55,284 bases of DNA from a virus (lineage: Duplodnaviria > Caudoviricetes): positions 1 through 55,284 of IMG/VR virus record IMGVR_UViG_3300027749_003730; one strand, 5' to 3'. Each line of letters starts with the position of its first letter. Position 1 is the first letter of the stretch. Shown here one piece after another: positions 46,226-55,284 of this stretch. The translations under genes were made by a program, and so were the position numbers. The notes under the pieces are model-generated. The model saw only the letters and a program-made list of their open reading frames with translations, had not been told where the DNA came from and did no database searches.

Positions 46226-47318
46226 ACAAGAAGTATTGGAATATCACGAAAAACGAAAAAATATGGATTTGCTAAAATCTGTAGATACTCGCAGTCCGTG
46301 TTCTGCACCATTTAATAACATGTACTTTACTAGTGACGGAAAAGTTAGTCCATGCTGGCTTCTAGTAGGTGCATTAGAAGATTGGGATGGCACTAAAACT
46401 ATTTTAGATATTTGGAAGGGCGATGCATTTAACAAATATCGTAATAATTTAAAAAATAATATTTTTGAAGAACAATGTAAAGTTTGTAAAAATAACATAC
46501 AAGTTGGCAATTGGCCATTAGCAATGGCATATGATCACTTTAGTATTAAGGAATATCCTACCATGCTAGAGTTAGAATTAAGCAATCAATGCAATTTAGA
46601 ATGTGTCATGTGTGAGGGGCGCCTTAGTTCGGGCATTAGAAAAAATCGCGACAAACTGCCGCCGATGCCAATGCTGTACGATGATACTTTTGTTGAACAG
46701 TTAAGAGAATTTATACCGCATTTAGAAGAATTACGTTTTAATGGTGGCGAACCGTTTGCACAAAAAATTGTATACGATATATGTATGCTAGCTGCTGAGA
46801 TTAATCCTAGTCTAAAAATCAACATAGCCACCAATGGAACAGTTTACAATAAACAAGTTCAAAAAATTATGGATGGATGTAATTTACATTTAAACATTAG
46901 TATTGATAGTCTTAATAAAAACAACTACGAAGAAATACGAGTTAACGGAGAGTTTGGCGAGTTAATGAAAAACTTTGATATTTTTAAAAAGTACTGCCAT
47001 GATAATGATAGAATGTTAAGTGTTATGATTAATCCAATGCGTAATAACTGGTGGGAAATGCCGGACTTTGTAGAGTTCTGCAATACTAATAAAGTTTACT
47101 TATGGTACAATACTATTCATCATCCTGCTCATTTAGCTATCTGGAACTTATCTAAAGAAGAATTAAAAATTATATATAACACATTATCAGAAAAATTAGA
47201 AACATTAGGCACTGATGATCCGTTTGGTAATTTAAAAAAATGTCATCATTTCATCCATAATCAAATAAAAAATTGGTACGACACAAGTAAAAATCATATT
47301 AAAATAAATACCATATGA
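46209..47318 (+). CDS. Radical SAM protein with N-terminal Twitch-like domain
   Basis: CSAPF...PCW...CKVC; NQCNLECVMC; GGEP. Confidence 0.9.
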   Translation: MQKLTEQEVLEYHEKRKNMDLLKSVDTRSPCSAPFNNMYFTSDGKVSPCWLLVGALEDWDGTKTILDIWKGDAFNKYRNNLKNNIFEEQCKVCKNNIQVGNWPLAMAYDHFSIKEYPTMLELELSNQCNLECVMCEGRLSSGIRKNRDKLPPMPMLYDDTFVEQLREFIPHLEELRFNGGEPFAQKIVYDICMLAAEINPSLKINIATNGTVYNKQVQKIMDGCNLHLNISIDSLNKNNYEEIRVNGEFGELMKNFDIFKKYCHDNDRMLSVMINPMRNNWWEMPDFVEFCNTNKVYLWYNTIHHPAHLAIWNLSKEELKIIYNTLSEKLETLGTDDPFGNLKKCHHFIHNQIKNWYDTSKNHIKINTI

Positions 47319-48199
47319 AAAAAACTCTATTGATTAACGGATGTAGTTATACCGCAGGCGATGATATTGCATGGGATCATGCAACCCACGGCAACTGGCG
47401 AGAATTCCATAGATCAACAAAATTAGATAAAAACCAAATACATGATAACTATACAAAATTAATAAGACCCCAGTATAACTTTGCTGGAGTTCTTAGTAGA
47501 TTGTTGAATACAACATCAGTTGATTTATCAAGAGACGGTAATAATAATTCCGAAATTGCCTTAACAACTATTGGGTATATTAGCCAATTAACCCCAGAAG
47601 AAAGAAAAAATCTTCATGTATGTATTGGGTGGACTGAGCCTGCTAGACTGTGTAGATGGAGCAATAGTACTGAAAAGTTTACAACCATTAATGTCACAAT
47701 GCTAGATTGGTATAAATCTAACAACGACGATTGGAATAAAAATCTATATAACGAATTTTATGAAAACAGTATAGCATGGCTTGCTAGTGCTAAAGATATC
47801 GATCTGTTAGTTGATGGTATGTTTCGAATATTAGCAGTAGAAAATTATTTAAAATCAGAAGGAATTACATACACATTTTGGAAATCATTAGGCCAGGCAA
47901 CTAAAAAATCTGACTTAGTAATATTAAAAAAACATACTAGATTAAATTTTAATAATTTAGATAATAGCAACTGGATTAAATTTACAGTCAGTGACAATAC
48001 GCTTAACAAACATAGTAAAGAATTCAACGAACTGGATATAAGTACACATCCATATATTGGTATACCTTGGCGCTGGGTATTAGATGAATCTTACGATCTC
48101 TATATTACTCCTGGATACCATCCTACTAAAATTGCAGTTGAAGAATTATCTAAAAAAATTATGCATCATATTCAAATGACCGAATTTAAGGATTTTTGA
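47315..48199 (+). CDS. SGNH/GDSL-like hydrolase or acyltransferase
   Basis: INGCSYTAG, GNNN, IGWT...R, C-terminal YHP. Confidence 0.6.
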   Translation: MKKTLLINGCSYTAGDDIAWDHATHGNWREFHRSTKLDKNQIHDNYTKLIRPQYNFAGVLSRLLNTTSVDLSRDGNNNSEIALTTIGYISQLTPEERKNLHVCIGWTEPARLCRWSNSTEKFTTINVTMLDWYKSNNDDWNKNLYNEFYENSIAWLASAKDIDLLVDGMFRILAVENYLKSEGITYTFWKSLGQATKKSDLVILKKHTRLNFNNLDNSNWIKFTVSDNTLNKHSKEFNELDISTHPYIGIPWRWVLDESYDLYITPGYHPTKIAVEELSKKIMHHIQMTEFKDF

Positions 48200-49405
48200 A
48201 TGATCAATAATAATGTTGTCCCTTTGTGTTCGGCTCCGTTTAATGGTGTTTGTATACATCCAAATAAACGAGTAACTCCCTGTTGTGCGTTTATAGGAGG
48301 GTTAGGGAATTTAAACGATACCCCACTTGACAAAATTTTAAAAGGCCCGAGGTTGCAAAAATTAAGAGAGGACATGCTTAATCATGTATGGAATCCAGGA
48401 TGTGTATCCTGCAAAACATCAGAAGAAAATGCAGGAAGAAGTGCTCGATTAGACATTTTAAAATACAATGAATATGATACAACTGGGTCTTTAACATTTT
48501 TAGAAAATAATAGTTCAAACACCTGTAATCTTGTTTGCTATATGTGTAGTCCATCTTTCAGCAGTTTATGGACAGAGTTTGATAAAGAATGGAATTGGTT
48601 AGATAAAATTAAAGAACCTAGCAGTAATACTGAAGCAATTTCTTGGAAGATTCATCCTGCTGACATAGATTTTTCTAAAGAAATTTTTTCTAACATTGAT
48701 TTTTCAAAACTAAAAAACGTCATGTTAAAAGGCGGTGAGCCCTTTTTAAACAAAGAAAACATTATATTATTAACTCATCTAGAGAATATAGGAGTACTTG
48801 GAGAAATAACAATTATGTTAAATACCAACGCTACCTATATAAATTATCAAATGTTAGATCTTCTTAAAAAAGCAAAAGAGGTAGGTTTTTTGGTTAGCAT
48901 AGACGGGCCCGATGAACTTAATAGATGGTTAAGATGGGGATATAAGAATCCTGAAATTAGTTCTGTTAGTAATTTACTCAATAATATAAAAGTGTTTTTA
49001 GAGATGCCTAATACTATAGGTGTTAGTAATACATTTGCTATTGGAGCGTATAGTGTGTATAGGCTTGAAGAATTTAGAACATGGTGGGACAACGTTGTTT
49101 GGCCACTAAACAAGATACTCATTGCAAAAACAAAATTTAATTTTTTTGTTAATTATGCAGATGGAATTGTGTCTGCATTATCACCTCCTACTAGAGAAAA
49201 ATTAGCTCAAAAATACGAATTAATTGATTCAGAATTTTATGAGGTAGTTATAAATTATCTAAGAACTCAGCCGTATGTGGGCAACGACCTACATGATAAA
49301 TTTGTAAATTCGACTATTCGATTAGATAAGACTAGAGATGTCAGTATTATAGACATAATACCTGAAATAAAAGAAGAATTAGTGTATCTAAAACAGCATC
49401 TTTAA
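48200..49405 (+). CDS. Radical SAM protein with N-terminal Twitch-like domain
   Basis: CSAPF...PCC...CVSC; NTCNLVCYMC; GGEP; SIDG. Confidence 0.9.
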   Translation: MINNNVVPLCSAPFNGVCIHPNKRVTPCCAFIGGLGNLNDTPLDKILKGPRLQKLREDMLNHVWNPGCVSCKTSEENAGRSARLDILKYNEYDTTGSLTFLENNSSNTCNLVCYMCSPSFSSLWTEFDKEWNWLDKIKEPSSNTEAISWKIHPADIDFSKEIFSNIDFSKLKNVMLKGGEPFLNKENIILLTHLENIGVLGEITIMLNTNATYINYQMLDLLKKAKEVGFLVSIDGPDELNRWLRWGYKNPEISSVSNLLNNIKVFLEMPNTIGVSNTFAIGAYSVYRLEEFRTWWDNVVWPLNKILIAKTKFNFFVNYADGIVSALSPPTREKLAQKYELIDSEFYEVVINYLRTQPYVGNDLHDKFVNSTIRLDKTRDVSIIDIIPEIKEELVYLKQHL

Positions 49406-49413
49406 AAATAATA

Positions 49414-50469
49414 TTATTTTCTATCCCCGAATAAAATATAATCTTCTTTAGTATAACCATCCATAACCTCACTTCCACTTCCACTATTAGGACTACTTGT
49501 TTTGTTTTCAAGACTGCCACGAATAGGAACAATAGCCCATGTACAGTATTCAACAAAGTGCGGTAGTGCTTTTAGTTCAGCTTCCAGACTTAAGGTTTCT
49601 TCTCGATCTTTTGGAGTCATCATAAACTTAATTTCTAAATGGCCGCTACCCCCATTGTTGGCTTTTTCATCCGCTAGTGCTTCAATCACCTTGACTAACT
49701 TTGCACGATCATAAAACTCAAAGTGTACGCTAATGTTTAAGTCTCCATAGTGTATGACTTCTCTATAGTAGTCAGGTAAGCGACTTCCGTTGCTGTGTAG
49801 GCTAACATGATGACCCATTGCATTTAGATAGCGTAGCCAATCTAAAAAGTCTTTATTAACTGTTGGCTCGCCGCCACTAATAATAAAGTTAACAGTCTCA
49901 CCTTTGGTAAATCTTTCTTCAATGAGAGCAGTGGCCTTCATTAAATCTTCTAAAGGTTTGTGGGGATCTGTATTATTATGAATCCAAGGCCAGCAATAGC
50001 TACAGTCATAATTACAACGACGGCCTATTTCCCAATATACTTGTTTTTGTGTACTAGCATGAGTACGCTCCATGGCAACAAATTCTGTTTGATTATCATC
50101 ACGTAATTCATTTTGCGGTTCCAATCCCTGCCCTTTAAGTAGCAAAGATTTAAATTCAATAGTTTGTGTTTTAGGAATAAACAAATCTGCGCCACACGAG
50201 CATACATTACGTTTACAATCAATCCAATCTTCCGGAACTCTAAAATCATCCCATACACTGCCCAACTTGCCGCCTACTCGACAACTGGCAGTCCATACTC
50301 CGCCATCCATATCGATGAATAAACTATCTACGCCCGCGCCACATTTCCAGCCAGGAAGATAATTTAATTTTGCACCAACTAGTTCGTCAGTACTCCAATC
50401 TCTCCATGCGCCATTTTTAGCATAGGTCCTAATGGGCTTTCCTGGAGTAAAATCTGCATTATTTGTCAT
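49414..50469 (-). CDS. Radical SAM protein, circularly permuted relative to 40454-41401
   Basis: N-terminal CGAG...SC...CKRNVCSC, then CNYDCSYC, SGGEP, SNG; true start MTNNADF. Confidence 0.85.
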   Translation of the reverse strand: MTNNADFTPGKPIRTYAKNGAWRDWSTDELVGAKLNYLPGWKCGAGVDSLFIDMDGGVWTASCRVGGKLGSVWDDFRVPEDWIDCKRNVCSCGADLFIPKTQTIEFKSLLLKGQGLEPQNELRDDNQTEFVAMERTHASTQKQVYWEIGRRCNYDCSYCWPWIHNNTDPHKPLEDLMKATALIEERFTKGETVNFIISGGEPTVNKDFLDWLRYLNAMGHHVSLHSNGSRLPDYYREVIHYGDLNISVHFEFYDRAKLVKVIEALADEKANNGGSGHLEIKFMMTPKDREETLSLEAELKALPHFVEYCTWAIVPIRGSLENKTSSPNSGSGSEVMDGYTKEDYILFGDRK

Positions 50470-50476
50470 AGTGAAG

Positions 50477-50484
50477 TATTTATA
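50477..50484 (-). promoter_or_regulatory. T4-late-like promoter TATAAATA
   Basis: Exact motif on the - strand, 7 nt before the ATG at 50469, in a 28-bp divergent gap. Confidence 0.55.
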
Positions 50485-50497
50485 GCTATATATTATC

Positions 50498-51757
50498 ATG
50501 ACGAATAAAATATGTCCTTTGCCTTGGAACCATTTAAGTGTGCAACAAAACGGAGACTTCCGAATGTGCTGCCAGTGTGTACATCCTCCATTTGGCAAGA
50601 CTGGTATGCGTGTACAAGACCACTCTATAGATCAAACAAGAAATAGTGAGTTGCATCAGCGGGTGCGGTCTCAGATGCTTGCAGGAGAAGAACCTGAAGA
50701 ATGCCGTTTATGTTGGGATGAAGAACGTGCAGGATTATCCAGTAAGCGCCTACACATGCTCAAGCATTATCCAATAGAACAAATTAAAAACAGTCAGGCA
50801 GGATATATTAACACTGACGAATTTCCATTAGAGTATATTGACTTACGTTTTGGAAATTTATGCAATATGAAATGCCGTAGCTGTGGTCCATGGGACAGCA
50901 GTCTATGGTATGACGATTTTGTTGACCTAACCGGAAGTGATAATTTTGATTTTTATTCAACTAACAATTATCAATTAAAACAAACTAACAATACTTGGAC
51001 ATTAAAGAATGACGATTTTACATGGTATCAAGATGAAAAGTTCTGGGATATGATGCGACAGGTTGTCCCTAACGTAAATCGATTATACTTGACAGGCGGC
51101 GAACCGTTAATCAACAAGGCACAATGGAGATTATTAGATCTGTGTATAGAGCTAGGAGTTAGCGGTCAAATTATTTTAGAATATAATACCAACATGACTC
51201 TTATTCCAGATAACGCATTTACCGTCTGGTCGCAATTTAAAGAAATACATATTGGTTGCAGTATTGATGCTATAGGTGATTTAGCATACTATATGAGATA
51301 TCCTGTGCAGTGGAATGACATAAAAGAAAATATTTTAAAATTAGGTAATGCATCGTGCGCAAACTTGTTGGCAAAGTTTGCCCCTACTATTAGTGTTTTT
51401 AATATTCTAGAATTATTAACTATGACCGATTGGTTAAGAGAAAATCGTATGCCTAATATTAGACCAAACCCCTCGTTTCATATACTCGAAGGACCGCATT
51501 ACCAGAACATACAAGTACTACCAACGGAAATTAAAGTATGGATATCTGATGAGTACAAAAAATGGTATGCTAGCGCACCGTGGCGTAGAAAGTTTCAACC
51601 GCAGTTTGATAGTATCCTAAATTATATGCTTGCACAAGATAGAAGCTATGCGCTCAAAGATTTGAAAGAACACACTGCAAAATTGGATAAGATTCGTAGC
51701 CAAAATATAGAAGATTATGTGCCTTGGCTAGCCGAAATTCTAACCAAAATTGATTGA
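50498..51757 (+). CDS. Radical SAM protein with N-terminal Twitch-like domain
   Basis: CPLPW...MCC...CRLCW; NLCNMKCRSC; GGEP. Confidence 0.9.
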   Translation: MTNKICPLPWNHLSVQQNGDFRMCCQCVHPPFGKTGMRVQDHSIDQTRNSELHQRVRSQMLAGEEPEECRLCWDEERAGLSSKRLHMLKHYPIEQIKNSQAGYINTDEFPLEYIDLRFGNLCNMKCRSCGPWDSSLWYDDFVDLTGSDNFDFYSTNNYQLKQTNNTWTLKNDDFTWYQDEKFWDMMRQVVPNVNRLYLTGGEPLINKAQWRLLDLCIELGVSGQIILEYNTNMTLIPDNAFTVWSQFKEIHIGCSIDAIGDLAYYMRYPVQWNDIKENILKLGNASCANLLAKFAPTISVFNILELLTMTDWLRENRMPNIRPNPSFHILEGPHYQNIQVLPTEIKVWISDEYKKWYASAPWRRKFQPQFDSILNYMLAQDRSYALKDLKEHTAKLDKIRSQNIEDYVPWLAEILTKID

Positions 51758-51782
51758 CAGTTAAAGAGAAAGACAGTATAAT
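51754..51782 (+). promoter_or_regulatory. Sigma70-type promoter
   Basis: TTGACA-17-TATAAT. Confidence 0.85.
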
Positions 51783-51813
51783 ATACATATTGTTTAACAA
51801 AACGGAGCAGAAA

Positions 51814-53013
51814 ATGGCTACAGTAGCAGGCGTAAAAATTAAACCTAAAGCAAAAAAGATCACCAGTGTGACCATTCGAGAGAATGCCAAGAAGGACTAC
51901 AGTCCAAAATGGGATAATGCAGAAGACATGAACGCTAGCCAATTCTTACGCCACTGGCATGGTGCTATGAGCTACTACCGTTTGGAATTTAGCGGCAAGG
52001 ATTTAAAGCCACAAATTTTAAAATGGATGGCTACAATTGGTTGCACTAAAGAAGACATTATTGCATTTAAGAAAACTAAAGATAATCGGTGTAATGTCAC
52101 AATGGGTGCCATTGCTAGTTGTTTGCTTCGCGGTATGCCGGCAGTCCGTGCGGATTTTAACGACGGTAAGGACACCGCCGCTTGGTTGCGTAAACAAATT
52201 ACTGATGTTATTGCAGACGGTAAAGACGACATTGACGAAGAAGCAGTTGCAGAAGTCAAAAGTACTGCACTTGTTATTTCAATACAAGAGCGTGTTCGTG
52301 ATACTGCCTATGCAATGACTACCGAAATTGAAGATGCAATTGAAAGCTTTCAATTGAATCCTACAGACTTTGATCCCAAAGCATTTAAGGTGCTTAACTT
52401 GCTCAAAGCTAAGGGTGCCAAGGCAGCTCATGCACGTTTCATTCGTGATTTGTATGCACATGACCTTGCAGAACTTGAAGAACTGTTAGGTGATGCTCCT
52501 GACGAACAGTTGCGTGAAGGTCATAAACATCTTACCCGTCGTCAGGTTAAGTCTATTCATGCATTTTATCAAGAAATTGCTAGTGCATGTGAAATGCTTG
52601 CACAAGAAGCTAAGGTTAACCGTGCTCCACGTAAGACTAAAGCAGTTCCAAAAGAAAAACTGATTGCTAAACTCAAGTTTATGAAGACTAACGAGCCTCT
52701 TAAACTAGTGTCAGTTAATCCTGTGGATATTATTGGAGCTCAGGAATTATGGGTTTACAATACTAAGACACGTAAAATTGGCAAGTATGTTGCCAGCGAA
52801 TTTAACGTGTTAGGCGTTAAAGGAACTACAATTGTTAATTTTGACGAGTTTAAGAGTGTGCAAAAGACACTGCGCAAGCCTGAAGAAAAGCTCAAAGAGT
52901 TTAAGGCCGCTGGTAAAATTGCATTACGTAAGTTCTTAGATGAAATTAATGCTACTGATACTAAAATGAACGGTCGAATTAACGAAGACACTATTCTTCT
53001 TAAGGTAGCATAA
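51814..53013 (+). CDS. Phage hypothetical protein
   Basis: GGAG SD, ATG at 51814; C-terminal LWVYNTKTRK...KTLRKP...NGRINEDT. Confidence 0.8.
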   Translation: MATVAGVKIKPKAKKITSVTIRENAKKDYSPKWDNAEDMNASQFLRHWHGAMSYYRLEFSGKDLKPQILKWMATIGCTKEDIIAFKKTKDNRCNVTMGAIASCLLRGMPAVRADFNDGKDTAAWLRKQITDVIADGKDDIDEEAVAEVKSTALVISIQERVRDTAYAMTTEIEDAIESFQLNPTDFDPKAFKVLNLLKAKGAKAAHARFIRDLYAHDLAELEELLGDAPDEQLREGHKHLTRRQVKSIHAFYQEIASACEMLAQEAKVNRAPRKTKAVPKEKLIAKLKFMKTNEPLKLVSVNPVDIIGAQELWVYNTKTRKIGKYVASEFNVLGVKGTTIVNFDEFKSVQKTLRKPEEKLKEFKAAGKIALRKFLDEINATDTKMNGRINEDTILLKVA

Positions 53014-53057
53014 ACTACCCAGGGCTATGGATAAATACTTGAAAGAGAGTATTGTCC

Positions 53058-54398
53058 ATGGCCATAAACATTTTTGAACCACTAAAATTCAGCACCCAAG
53101 GTATTAACGACCTTGCTACTCAAACATCTTTGATTGTTAGCAACGGTAAGATTACTGTAGATACTGTTGAACCCACTCGAGCAGTTAACTTCTCCGGAGG
53201 TAGCTTTGCCGATTTAGATGGCAAAGGTATTAAATGGTCCGGGGGCAACAAGAACAAAACACTAGCACTTAAACAGTCTAAACTATGGACTGACCTAAGT
53301 GTTAATCTTGCAGAAGATCAAGAATATCAAATTAATGATACTGCTGTATTAAGTTTTGCAGAGTTAGGCCCTACCGTCACTAAGAGTAATTTAAAAACTC
53401 TTGGAACATTACGTAATTTGCGTGTTGCAGGGAGTGCGGAATTTGGAGACTTTGCCTATATAAACAGTGATTTAAACAGAATAGGTATCAATACTGAGAG
53501 TCCAAATGCTGCCCTTGGCATTAGAGAAAATGGAGTAGAGTTAGTATTTGGTAGTTTAAAAAATAATGTAGGTGTTATTGGAACTACTAACAATGACGGT
53601 TTAGAAATTATAACTGATAACACCGCCAGGATTAGTGTTAGCAATAACGGTGATGTTCAAGTTTTCGGAAAACTAATTGTAGACGAAATTATAACGCAAC
53701 GTTCAAGCCCACTATCTTTTAAAGAGACTGCATCTAGTAGTAATTACGGAAAAGGAATTATTTGGAATAGCTTAAGAAATATGGCTAGCCAATTTGTTTT
53801 CCAGTCAGGACCAGATAGGATTTGGTCCACTGATATTATTGATCTAGCCGAAGGAAAGTATTTTTCTGTTGGTCGGGTTTCTGTACTAAGTTCGTCAACA
53901 CTCGGCGATACAATAACCGAAAGTAATTTACAAAAAGTAGGCATATTAAGAGATTTACAAGTAGCAGGAGATGCTGCGGTCACTAGGACATTACATACTA
54001 ATAGAATTGAAATTGGTAGTTTTGCACTAGACAATCATCGTTTAGAAACTACTGAAGATCTTACTGTTGTATTAAACGGTACTACAGAATTTACACTTGG
54101 CAACAATATAACTATTGGTAATGCTAATAATCAACAGAGAGCAGTATCTGTATACGGTCAGCTAACTGTAGGTGTTGCAAATCCAGATCCTGGATTTGGA
54201 TTAACGGTTGCAGGTCATGTTAGCTTTGACAATAAAAAATTCTTAACTGGCGAGAGTTCTCCTCAAACTGGAAGATTTAATAAAGGTGACATTGTTTGGA
54301 ACACTGATCCAAAAGCAACTGACTATATTGGTTGGGTCTGTGTGACACCGGGCGAGCCAGGCCACTGGTTGCCGTTTGGTGCAATTGCTAGTCAATAA
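53058..54398 (+). CDS. Putative virion fibre/structural protein with duplicated module
   Basis: Two copies of GKGI.W...W....L......VLS...LG.T...SNL...G.L..L.VAG; C-terminal KGDIVWN...GWVC...PG.W..FG; TAAATA upstream. Confidence 0.65.
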   Translation: MAINIFEPLKFSTQGINDLATQTSLIVSNGKITVDTVEPTRAVNFSGGSFADLDGKGIKWSGGNKNKTLALKQSKLWTDLSVNLAEDQEYQINDTAVLSFAELGPTVTKSNLKTLGTLRNLRVAGSAEFGDFAYINSDLNRIGINTESPNAALGIRENGVELVFGSLKNNVGVIGTTNNDGLEIITDNTARISVSNNGDVQVFGKLIVDEIITQRSSPLSFKETASSSNYGKGIIWNSLRNMASQFVFQSGPDRIWSTDIIDLAEGKYFSVGRVSVLSSSTLGDTITESNLQKVGILRDLQVAGDAAVTRTLHTNRIEIGSFALDNHRLETTEDLTVVLNGTTEFTLGNNITIGNANNQQRAVSVYGQLTVGVANPDPGFGLTVAGHVSFDNKKFLTGESSPQTGRFNKGDIVWNTDPKATDYIGWVCVTPGEPGHWLPFGAIASQ

Positions 54399-54400
54399 AC

Positions 54401-54428
54401 TTGACATACAGTAGCAATACTGTATAAT
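54401..54428 (+). promoter_or_regulatory. Sigma70-type promoter
   Basis: TTGACA-16-TATAAT. Confidence 0.75.
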
Positions 54429-54434
54429 TACTAT

Positions 54435-54484
54435 TAGCGGACTTTTAACGTCATTCATCCCGCTATATAAACTCTGCATGTCGT
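54435..54484 (+). promoter_or_regulatory. Structured queD leader (candidate pseudoknot/riboswitch)
   Basis: TAGCGG/CCGCTA stem; loop ACGTCAT can pair with ATGTCGT (54478-54484). Confidence 0.4.
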
Positions 54485-54516
54485 CAAACTTGCTACCTTA
54501 ATAAAGGAGACTAGAG

Positions 54517-54966
54517 ATGGCAAAATTTTTCTCAACAAAACATTACGGACACAACATTGGTCTGTCAGCGGTATTCCGTCAACCTAATGCAGATCACAGT
54601 CATTGTCATTTGCTACACGGATACAGTCTAGCGTTCACATTTACATTTGGTTGTGATACATTAGACAACAAGAACTGGGCAGTGGACTTTGGCGGACTCA
54701 AACCGCTCAAGACATGGTTGGAAGATCACTTTGATCACAAGATGGCTTTAGACAAAGCAGATCCGCACTTAGCCAAGTTCCAAGAACTAGAAGCACTGGA
54801 TCTAGCTGAGATTAGAATCTTTGATGGAGTCGGTGTAGAAAAATTTGCCGAACATGCTTTTAACTTTGCCGATCAATTGATCCGTGAAAAGAGTGGCAAT
54901 CGTTGCTATTGCGTTAGGGTAGAATGTGCAGAACACGGTGCAAACTCGGCTATCTACGAAGGTTAA
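54517..54966 (+). CDS. queD: 6-carboxy-5,6,7,8-tetrahydropterin synthase (QueD/PTPS family)
   Basis: HCHLLHGY, VDFGGLK, FDH, E.FA, AEHGANSA. Confidence 0.85.
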   Translation: MAKFFSTKHYGHNIGLSAVFRQPNADHSHCHLLHGYSLAFTFTFGCDTLDNKNWAVDFGGLKPLKTWLEDHFDHKMALDKADPHLAKFQELEALDLAEIRIFDGVGVEKFAEHAFNFADQLIREKSGNRCYCVRVECAEHGANSAIYEG

Positions 54967-54982
54967 CTAATTTTTATAGTGC

Positions 54983-55284
54983 ATGATTGATCAATTATAT
55001 CAACAGTGGAACATATCATCGTCAAACATACACGACGAGTGTTTCACTGGATACGAGCCTATTTACGATCAGTTAGATAAATTTACCAACGAAGTATATA
55101 CTCAAGATCCAGCAGGTACTATTAGTCAAGTTAAAGCTCTATATAGGTCTATTAATTTAGTTCCTATTAATTATTATACCGAAGCAGGACTGATTAACGA
55201 GCTAAAACAATTTCAAAGTAAAGATGTTAATCCAGTAGTTAATAATATAATCGGGTTAGGTAATAATCAAGGACAGAGTATAAA
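54983..55284 (+). CDS. Partial ORF running off the window end
   Basis: Open frame MIDQLYQQWN... to the end of the window. Confidence 0.6.
   Translation, partial: MIDQLYQQWNISSSNIHDECFTGYEPIYDQLDKFTNEVYTQDPAGTISQVKALYRSINLVPINYYTEAGLINELKQFQSKDVNPVVNNIIGLGNNQGQSI

Noticed and set aside
51754-51813. TTG start and N-terminal extension given in the ORF track
   Set aside because: This is the promoter itself; SD plus ATG at 51814 is the better start. The track starts at 11858, 16857, 18917, 29432 and 50598 are likewise over-extended.

Overview
This window reads as part of a large (jumbo-type) tailed phage genome, with dense, mostly + strand genes in the standard genetic code. Identifications come from motif recognition only; no searches were run. 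(1) 1-7534: a tRNA array with 12 canonical CCA-encoding tRNAs, one tRNA-like RNA with an aberrant anticodon arm, two other structured RNAs and a phage rpoZ, interleaved with AT-rich enzyme genes. (2) 8.7-14.2 kb: a sigma70-driven unit in which three covarying ACAGCAA stem RNAs precede a DUF2828/TROVE-like VWA protein, followed by kinase and phosphatase genes. This is the best candidate for an undescribed RNP system. (3) 14.2-26.1 kb: a bidirectional biosynthetic island with an ACP, 2 desaturases, GNAT-like proteins, many HxD...H oxygenases, a class II aldolase, a radical SAM enzyme, a PLP enzyme and a hydrolase. (4) 26-39.7 kb: early/host-takeover genes (infA, clpP, DNA ligase, YccA/BI-1, phosphoesterase). 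(5) 39.8-51.8 kb: eight radical SAM/Twitch enzymes (one circularly permuted, one with compensating indels), 2 sulfotransferase-like genes and an SGNH-like gene. (6) A fibre-like virion protein and queD with a structured leader. Two promoter classes (TTGACA-17-TATAAT versus TAAATA) appear to partition the genes.
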